A DNA stretch of 16,092 bases from a virus: the IMG/VR virus record IMGVR_UViG_3300044856_000082, positions 1 through 16,092 of that record. One strand, written 5' to 3'. The position numbers and the translations under genes are program-made. The stretch's first letter is position 1; each line of letters starts with the position of its first letter. Shown piece after piece: positions 1-5,205 of this stretch. The notes beneath the pieces were generated by a model. That model ran no database searches and was not told the origin of the DNA. It saw only the letters and a list, made by a program, of their open reading frames with translations.

Positions 1-127
1 CGTTCGGGGTCGTCCGCTCTGCGGACTGCCAGTTGGTTATCTGTGTAACTTTAGTGCTCGTGCAGTAACGATCGGTTGTCCGCCGATGACCGCCGGAGGC
101 GGTAGCTCTCCGGGTAACGGACAAAGG
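1..127. repeat. Left inverted terminal repeat (127 bp)
   Basis: A block-by-block manual reverse complement of 1-127 equals 15966-16092 with no mismatch. Identity breaks at position 128 (g) versus 15965 (t). My hand count gives 76/127 G+C (about 60%). Confidence 0.97.
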
Positions 128-163
128 GTGTAGGGTTTATGTGTGTAGGATTAGTGATATAAA

Positions 164-187
164 TTTTCTAGAAATTTTTCTAGAAAA
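164..187. promoter_or_regulatory. Two tandem palindromic boxes (TTTCTAGAAA at 165-174, TTTTCTAGAAAA at 176-187) abutting the early promoter
   Basis: Both boxes are perfect palindromes read directly from the sequence. Their centres are 12 bp apart, and the second box ends 3 bp before the -35 hexamer. They could be operator or activator sites, or an A/T-rich UP element. Confidence 0.5.
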
Positions 188-190
188 GTA

Positions 191-220
191 TTGACATATT
201 TCTATAAAAAGTGGTATTGT
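191..220 (+). promoter_or_regulatory. Sigma-A-type early promoter P1
   Basis: TTGACA (191-196), an 18-nt spacer, then TGgTATTGT (TG at 212-213, -10 hexamer at 215-220). It faces the first ORFs and sits in AT-rich DNA just inside the left ITR. Confidence 0.7.
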
Positions 221-323
221 AATATCAGAAACAAGGAAAACCAATAATACAAAAAATAGAAAACGCATACTAATAATTACTATTGCTGTCCTATCGGCAG
301 TACGGGGAGAAAGAGAGATAATA

Positions 324-512
324 ATGACAGTAGAAGAAATTAAAACCGTATTAAATGAAAGATGCAATGAATCGTGGGATATGCTTAAAATAATGGAAAA
401 CTATTATGGACAATCTAGCATGCAAGCACAGAAAGCATTGACTAGATGGGTTGCTTTTGATGACTTATACAGAGAGGTGTATAAGGAAGAACCGCTTTAT
501 AGTTTTGATTAA
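324..512 (+). CDS. Hypothetical early protein (62 aa, acidic)
   Basis: First ORF downstream of P1, with a purine-rich leader GGGGAGAAAGAGAG upstream. I recognise no family. Confidence 0.5.
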   Translation: MTVEEIKTVLNERCNESWDMLKIMENYYGQSSMQAQKALTRWVAFDDLYREVYKEEPLYSFD

Positions 513-558
513 TATATCTGCTGTGCTATCGGCGTAACGGGCAGAAAGGAAATTTGCT

Positions 559-909
559 ATGAAAACTTTAGATTTAGAAAAACTGTATACCGTACCAGCG
601 AAAATGGAGGATATCCCTTTATATGTAAAACAGGAAGATATTGCCGGTAATATCCATATTTACGTGTATGACCATGCGTCTCTTACGAATGGCTACGTTA
701 AGAAGAATGCATTATGTGTACCAGTTCCGTACAAAGGAAATTTTGGTGTGGGTTTTACCGTAAACTTGCATAACAAAAATTCTACACGTTACGCTTTAAA
801 AGCGTACTATGTAGAAGTTTCTCACAGCGTTATTTGTTCCGCGAACGATATTTGTACGTTGTGCCCTCTGTATTCGGCAGATGGAACAAATGAGGATTGC
901 TTATATTAA
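559..909 (+). CDS. Hypothetical early protein (116 aa) with a C-terminal Cys cluster
   Basis: SD-like GAAAGGA lies 8 nt upstream of the ATG. The C-terminus reads CSANDICTLCPLYSADGTNEDC (C-x5-C-x2-C-x11-C), a possible metal-binding site. I recognise no family. Confidence 0.55.
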   Translation: MKTLDLEKLYTVPAKMEDIPLYVKQEDIAGNIHIYVYDHASLTNGYVKKNALCVPVPYKGNFGVGFTVNLHNKNSTRYALKAYYVEVSHSVICSANDICTLCPLYSADGTNEDCLY

Positions 910-921
910 GGAGGAATAGCA

Positions 922-1152
922 ATGAGAGTGAAAGACTTTATTTTAATGTATAGCGGTATGGATCGCATAGAAGTCGAAATTTACGCCATTGTTACGGTGT
1001 TTAATAAAAAGTATCGCGTATTAGTTAGAAATTTTGCTATTGATTGTACAAAAGCATATACTACAAAAAAAGAAAATTATTTGTCAGAAGAAGTAATAGG
1101 TTTCGATATTATTGCTGATAAATTGCGAATCTTTATAAGGGGGTGTGAATAA
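922..1152 (+). CDS. Hypothetical early protein (76 aa)
   Basis: Strong SD AAGGAGG (908-914) lies 7 nt upstream of the ATG. The stop overlaps the next start (TAATG). Confidence 0.6.
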   Translation: MRVKDFILMYSGMDRIEVEIYAIVTVFNKKYRVLVRNFAIDCTKAYTTKKENYLSEEVIGFDIIADKLRIFIRGCE

Positions 1153-1730
1153 TGCCGCAGTCAAAGGACTATAGCATCTACCAGGAACTCGATCTCTCCA
1201 TCGACCAGATCAAACGCGAATTGCCTAAAGTGGCACAAGCGGCAAATAGCCGCCTTGCCAAACTGGAAAAAATTCACGCGCGCGACCAATGGGCGTATGG
1301 ACGCGTAAAAGAATTTTTTGCTTCACAAGGGCGTGAAAAAAATCGTTTCTTGAAAGGCGTTAAGCGTTCGGATGCATCCATTCGGCAGGAATGGGACACC
1401 ATGGTTGCTTTTTTGAACGCACCAGAAACTACAGTAAGTGGTTATAAAATCGCAGAATTTCAGCGGAGGTTTGATAAATCTAAGAAAAAAATTAATGCGG
1501 TTGTAACAGAAGATAACTATAAAGACTTGTATCATTTTCTGTCATCAAATTTATACAGAAAGAATCTTCGTAAAGAACTTGCGTCCAATCAAATTATAGA
1601 TGACTTTGTAGAAAAAATAGACGATCCTAAACTTGATTATAAGGATATTAAAAAAGATTATCAATTGTATCTCGATGGTTATATAACAAAAGAGGAATTG
1701 TTTGCGAAAAAACGAATAAAATTAAAGTAG
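1152..1730 (+). CDS. Putative terminal (priming) protein; function assigned by position only
   Basis: A 192-aa, highly charged, K/R-rich and helical-looking ORF. It is translationally coupled to the previous ORF (TAATG) and lies immediately upstream of the protein-primed DNA polymerase, as gene 3 precedes gene 2 in phi29. I see no clear sequence similarity to the phi29 terminal protein. The ORF itself is solid; the functional call is weak. Confidence 0.45.
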   Translation: MPQSKDYSIYQELDLSIDQIKRELPKVAQAANSRLAKLEKIHARDQWAYGRVKEFFASQGREKNRFLKGVKRSDASIRQEWDTMVAFLNAPETTVSGYKIAEFQRRFDKSKKKINAVVTEDNYKDLYHFLSSNLYRKNLRKELASNQIIDDFVEKIDDPKLDYKDIKKDYQLYLDGYITKEELFAKKRIKLK

Positions 1731-1740
1731 TGGAAAAAAT

Positions 1741-3900
1741 ATGTATGAATTGGAAGTACCGATACAAGTAAATGGAACAGAAACTACAGCAATAGAAACC
1801 GTGTATTCATGTAATGATTTTCCATTTTCTGATTTCCAAACTTTGCGTGAATGCCGAAAACGCGGAAGAAAGAAAAAACCTGTAGTGTACTATGATGTGG
1901 AAATGTCGTTCGATATTGAAACAACTACGTTAGAAAAACTCGATTACGAACGCTATAACAAAACAGGTGAAAAAGTGGTAAAAGGTACAGCGTATCTGTA
2001 TCAATGGCAGTTCTGTTTGAAAGATACGGTATGCTTTGGTCGCACATGGAACGAGTTTCTTACATTCTGCGAAAAACTGCATTTGTATTTGAAAACTTCT
2101 GATACGAAACGTGCTGTCGTATACGTTCATAATTTATCGTATGAATTTCAGTTTATGAAAGATTTCATAGCATTTGACGAAATTTTTGCGCGGGATGCTC
2201 ATAAAGTAATGAAATGTTATGCGTATCAATATGGGATTGAGTTTCGATGTTCCTACTTTCTCAGTAACATGTCTCTTTTAAAATTCTGTGAAAATAGTGA
2301 GGGAGTGTCTCACTATAAACTTGTTGATACGTATGATTACAAAAAACTACGTACACCAACAACACCTCTCACGGACGTTGAACAGGGATATTGCTATAAT
2401 GATGTTCGCGGCTTGTGTGAATGCATCCGCGCCTTACGAAAAGAGGATAATCTAGCAGAAATCCCCCTTACCTCAACTGGCTACGTCCGCCGAGAATTCC
2501 GCCGTGCCATGCAGGCAGATAGAGGTTATTATCCGGGAGTATTTGCCGATCTGGCTTTGACGTTACCGCAGTACCAACTCTGCAAAGACGCGTTCCGAGG
2601 CGGCAACACGCACGCCAACCGCATCCACGCGGGGCACACGATCACCGCGAAAAAAGGGGAAAACGCAATCATAATGGGAAGCATGGATATTTCCAGTAGC
2701 TACCCCGCGCAGATAGCAATGGGTTACTATCCCATGAGTGCGTTTCGGGCGGTTGCGATTACATCGCAAGAACAGTTTGACAATTTGTGTGCTACACGTT
2801 GTGTTATCATGCGGGTACAATTTGACAACTTGCGTATAAAAGAAAATATCCCCATCCCGTATATCCCTTTGTCAAAGTGTCAGAAGCACGGGAAAGATTG
2901 TGTGATTGATAATGGACGCGTCTTGTCTATTGATTGCTGTGAAATAGCAATGACGGAAATTGACTTGTCGATCATAAAAAATCAATACGACTATGATTTC
3001 TTTACCGTCTCGGAGTGCTACGTAGCCGCGCGCGGAAAATTACCGGAAAGTATGCGTAAAACGATGATGTCATTTTTTATCGCAAAAAGCCAGTTGAAAG
3101 GAAATCCCGATAAAGTCTATGAATATATGAAATCTAAGAATAAACTAAACAGCACGTTCGGGATGTGTGTAACCGATCTTTTGCAGGACGAATGGGCAAT
3201 GGATGCTTTTACGGGAGAATGGCATCGGGAAAAAGCAGATGCGGAAAAAGCACTGAAAACGTACTATGATGGAAAAAACAGCTTTTTGCACTATCAATGG
3301 GGAATCTATGTTACCGCCCACGCAAGAAAGCAGTTACAAGATATGCTGGACGTGGTTGGAATGGATACCGTGTACTGCGACACCGATAGTATCAAGTTTT
3401 TACATCCGGAAGTACATCTACCAGAATTTGAAGACAAAAACAAATTACTTTCCAAACGTGCGATTGAAAACGATATTCCTGCTTTTTGCGATGTCGGCGA
3501 AAAACGCTACATTCTCGGCGTATGGGAACTGGATAATCTGTATGTTCAATTTAAAACCCTTGGGGCGAAAAAATATTGCGGCGTTGAATGGGATGAAAAA
3601 GCGGCAAAAACAGGTGCCGACCCTGTGCGCTTTACGTCTACGGTCGCCGGCATGAATAAGAAACTTGGAGCGGAAAACTTAAAGTGCTGTAATAATTTAC
3701 GTCTCCGCCGCCGGATGGAAAATGTCGGACGGACAATCAGTTGCTTTAACAACTCGAAACCCCATTACATCAAAGTCAACGGGGAAGAAATATTAACTGC
3801 AAGTAATATAGGAATCATTGATACCACTTATACCTTAGGTGTATCGAATGAATACTATGAAGTATTGGTAAACTCTCAAGACGGAGTGTTACCGGAATAG
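1741..3900 (+). CDS. Family-B DNA polymerase, protein-primed (phi29 gp2-like)
   Basis: All diagnostic motifs appear in the translation. They are ExoI FDIETTT, ExoII YVHNLSYEFQF, ExoIII YCYNDVRGL, motif A DISSSYPAQI (phi29 DVNSLYPAQM) and motif B KLNSTFGM (phi29 KLMLNSLYGKF). Motif C is VYCDTDSIKF (phi29 IYCDTDSIHL) and the KxY motif is GAKKY. Confidence 0.95.
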   Translation: MYELEVPIQVNGTETTAIETVYSCNDFPFSDFQTLRECRKRGRKKKPVVYYDVEMSFDIETTTLEKLDYERYNKTGEKVVKGTAYLYQWQFCLKDTVCFGRTWNEFLTFCEKLHLYLKTSDTKRAVVYVHNLSYEFQFMKDFIAFDEIFARDAHKVMKCYAYQYGIEFRCSYFLSNMSLLKFCENSEGVSHYKLVDTYDYKKLRTPTTPLTDVEQGYCYNDVRGLCECIRALRKEDNLAEIPLTSTGYVRREFRRAMQADRGYYPGVFADLALTLPQYQLCKDAFRGGNTHANRIHAGHTITAKKGENAIIMGSMDISSSYPAQIAMGYYPMSAFRAVAITSQEQFDNLCATRCVIMRVQFDNLRIKENIPIPYIPLSKCQKHGKDCVIDNGRVLSIDCCEIAMTEIDLSIIKNQYDYDFFTVSECYVAARGKLPESMRKTMMSFFIAKSQLKGNPDKVYEYMKSKNKLNSTFGMCVTDLLQDEWAMDAFTGEWHREKADAEKALKTYYDGKNSFLHYQWGIYVTAHARKQLQDMLDVVGMDTVYCDTDSIKFLHPEVHLPEFEDKNKLLSKRAIENDIPAFCDVGEKRYILGVWELDNLYVQFKTLGAKKYCGVEWDEKAAKTGADPVRFTSTVAGMNKKLGAENLKCCNNLRLRRRMENVGRTISCFNNSKPHYIKVNGEEILTASNIGIIDTTYTLGVSNEYYEVLVNSQDGVLPE

Positions 3901-3908
3901 GAGACGAT

Positions 3909-4031
3909 ATGAGATATTTTGTGTTTTTTATGTTTTTAGTATTATCAACGATCTGGGCGTTACATGAGGAAGAACTCGACCTTTCCATCCTGCTTTTATT
4001 TTTGGATATTTTCTTTATTTTCTTATTTTAA
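3909..4031 (+). CDS. Unlisted 40-aa hydrophobic small ORF (possible small membrane protein)
   Basis: Hand translation gives MRYFVFFMFLVLSTIWALHEEELDLSILLLFLDIFFIFLF followed by a stop. AGGAG (3899-3903) lies 5 nt upstream of the ATG and overlaps the polymerase stop codon. It is below the 60-aa cutoff of the ORF track. It has two hydrophobic stretches split by HEEELD. Confidence 0.4.
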   Translation: MRYFVFFMFLVLSTIWALHEEELDLSILLLFLDIFFIFLF

Positions 4032-4034
4032 CTA

Positions 4035-4063
4035 TTGACTTGTTTGGTAGGCAGTGCTATTAT
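4035..4063 (+). promoter_or_regulatory. Sigma-A-type promoter P2 (near consensus, extended -10)
   Basis: TTGACT (4035-4040), a 17-nt spacer, then TGcTATTAT (TG at 4055-4056, -10 hexamer at 4058-4063). A T-rich tract lies upstream. The layout matches P1. Confidence 0.75.
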
Positions 4064-4111
4064 ACTACTTGTAAGAACAAATAGCTACATAACGAAAGAA
4101 GAAAAAAAAAA

Positions 4112-4348
4112 ATGATTAGAACAAAAATCGAAACATTTATCTATTCTGTCATTGACAGAAACACGAAACAGGTGATCGGCTCTTTTGAGAGTACAGAAGA
4201 ACTGAAAGCGCAGAAAGCAAAAACCGACGCTGTTGCCGCCGCTGGTTTTCCGGAGGATTTCATCTGTGTACTAACCGATACCGTATCCGCCCGCTACGAG
4301 ATGCCGGACGAACAGTTCTTTGCCGAAGCAAAGAGACTGGACGATTAA
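4112..4348 (+). CDS. Hypothetical small acidic protein (78 aa)
   Basis: First ORF after P2, preceded by an A-rich leader (10 A before the ATG) instead of a clear SD. It lies next to the SSB-like gene, the position phi29 p6 occupies next to p5. That is a positional hint only. Confidence 0.5.
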   Translation: MIRTKIETFIYSVIDRNTKQVIGSFESTEELKAQKAKTDAVAAAGFPEDFICVLTDTVSARYEMPDEQFFAEAKRLDD

Positions 4349-4452
4349 TCAATGCACAACCTGCGGTCTGGAATCGTCCAGATAAGACGTAACCGATCAA
4401 AGCAACGCGCCGCAGTTCTGATAACAATTAAATCAAAAAGGAGAACGAAATC

Positions 4453-4872
4453 ATGAGCAAAGCTAAAATGAAATTAAACAACGTAACTGTTAAGTACGCA
4501 AAAGAGGAAGACGGAAAAAGTGTTCTTTCCGCGTCTATCTCTGCCGATCAGCAGAAAGCCATTTTTGAAAAAATCATCGAGGAGTTTGGGGAAGATGCCG
4601 CCGCAGAAGCGAAATGGATTCCTGCAAAGGAAACAACCGACGCTGATTTGTACGTGAAAGCACAGACCAATTACCGCGTTGACTTTTACGAGGACGGCGT
4701 AGAGAGCGACACCGTTTCCAGTGTTGACGAACTGGGAAAGGGAGCTGTCATTGACCTGTTCATTTCCATCGGAGAAAGCAAGTTCCGCCGCGACAAGGGA
4801 TTCACAGCTTACCTTTCTGCGGTAAACGTGCACAAATTCGGCGATACGGAAAAATTTAATCCGTTTGCTTAA
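4453..4872 (+). CDS. Putative single-stranded DNA-binding protein (DUF2815 / T7 gp2.5-like pattern)
   Basis: SD AAAGGAGA lies 8 nt upstream. The N-terminal KLNNVTVKYAK and C-terminal GAVIDLFISIGESKFRRDKGFTAYLSAVNVHKFGD resemble, from memory, the conserved ends of DUF2815-type phage SSBs. It sits in the replication module and is followed by a strong terminator. Confidence 0.45.
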   Translation: MSKAKMKLNNVTVKYAKEEDGKSVLSASISADQQKAIFEKIIEEFGEDAAAEAKWIPAKETTDADLYVKAQTNYRVDFYEDGVESDTVSSVDELGKGAVIDLFISIGESKFRRDKGFTAYLSAVNVHKFGDTEKFNPFA

Positions 4873-4913
4873 GTACCATGGTCTGGATACGCGCTCCGAC
4901 TGGTAAACGGTGA

Positions 4914-4948
4914 ATAGTTTATAGTTTATAGCTTATAGTTGATATCTT
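4914..4948. repeat. Five tandem 7-bp units: ATAGTTT ATAGTTT ATAGCTT ATAGTTG ATATCTT
   Basis: Read directly from the sequence. It lies in non-coding DNA between the SSB-like stop codon and the terminator. Confidence 0.9.
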
Positions 4949-4978
4949 GTGTGCGATAAAAAAAAACTCTATACGTGT

Positions 4979-5012
4979 AAAAGAGCTACGTTTTCCAGCG
5001 TAGCTCTTTTTT
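4979..5012 (+). terminator. Rho-independent terminator (bidirectional in appearance)
   Basis: AAAAGAGCTACG (4979-4990) pairs perfectly with CGTAGCTCTTTT (4999-5010) around the 8-nt loop TTTTCCAG. It ends in a run of 6 T, with an A-run on the 5' side. Confidence 0.85.
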
Positions 5013-5058
5013 ATACTCAGCGAATCTGCCATTCACCGCCGTCCATCCGCAGTCAAAA

Positions 5059-5120
5059 CGTGCGATCATCGTGCGATAAACGTGAGATTGTCTGCGGTTT
5101 TGCTGGCGGGGAACTGGCGG
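5059..5120. repeat. Helically phased direct repeats: CGTGCGAT / CGTGCGAT / CGTGAGAT (11-bp spacing) and CTGGCGG x2 (11-bp spacing)
   Basis: The first set is at 5059-5066, 5070-5077 and 5081-5088. The second set is at 5103-5109 and 5114-5120. GTGCGATAAA at 5071-5080 is identical to 4951-4960. Confidence 0.8.
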
Positions 5121-5127
5121 TTAACAT
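5100..5127 (+). promoter_or_regulatory. Candidate promoter P3 with a weak -35 (possibly factor-dependent)
   Basis: TTGCTG (5100-5105), a 16-nt spacer, then TAACAT (5122-5127). The -10 and its downstream sequence (TAACATGATTATGCGG) match promoter P4 (TAACATGAAAATACGG) at 13/16 positions. Phased repeats lie immediately upstream and over the -35. Confidence 0.45.
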
Positions 5128-5167
5128 GATTATGCGGAACGCGGTGCTGGGATGTGGAAAACGATAG

Positions 5168-5205
5168 AAAGGAGGATGTGAAACAAAAATGTTTCACGTG
5201 AAACA
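5168..5205 (+). promoter_or_regulatory. Unusual translation-initiation region of the ATPase gene (SD, hairpin or mini-ORF, then start)
   Basis: AAAGGAGGA lies at 5168-5176. GTGAAACA (5178-5185), AAAA, TGTTTCAC (5190-5197) form an 8-bp hairpin, followed by a third GTGAAACA (5198-5205) and the ATG at 5206. There is no SD within 30 nt of the start unless the hairpin folds. Confidence 0.5.

Noticed and set aside
128-323. A leftward promoter plus pRNA gene at the left end, as in phi29
   Set aside because: I read the minus strand of 128-323 and found no convincing -35/-10 pair; the best candidates, such as TTCTAG-17-TTATAT, are poor. The region is A/T-rich with little capacity for stable helices. 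This does not exclude a pRNA elsewhere (see the findings on 5013-5205 and 6403-6510).
137-367. 76-aa minus-strand ORF at the left end
   Set aside because: It overlaps promoter P1, the palindromic boxes and the start of ORF 324. It lies in AT-rich non-coding DNA, has no SD, and its low-complexity translation is rich in Ile, Leu and Phe. It is the only minus-strand candidate in an otherwise one-strand genome.
4102-4112. A run of 11 A (10 before the start plus the A of ATG 4112), considered as a slippage or phase-variation tract
   Set aside because: It lies in the untranslated leader and not within coding sequence, so length changes would not shift a frame. It is more simply an A-rich, SD-poor translation leader. 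Only read-level length heterogeneity would revive the idea.
4949-5167. 72-aa + strand ORF from the track (GTG start) in the gap between the SSB-like gene and the ATPase gene
   Set aside because: It runs straight through the 12-bp terminator hairpin at 4979-5012 and has no SD. It starts inside a repeat box, and its Cys/Arg/Ser-rich translation looks like non-coding sequence. The region is better explained as regulatory or non-coding.
5176-5181. ATG-TGA start-stop pair immediately after the SD upstream of the ATPase gene
   Set aside because: The ATG directly abuts GGAGG with zero spacing, so it is unlikely to be used. The hairpin and the 5189 mini-ORF are more plausible explanations for this region.
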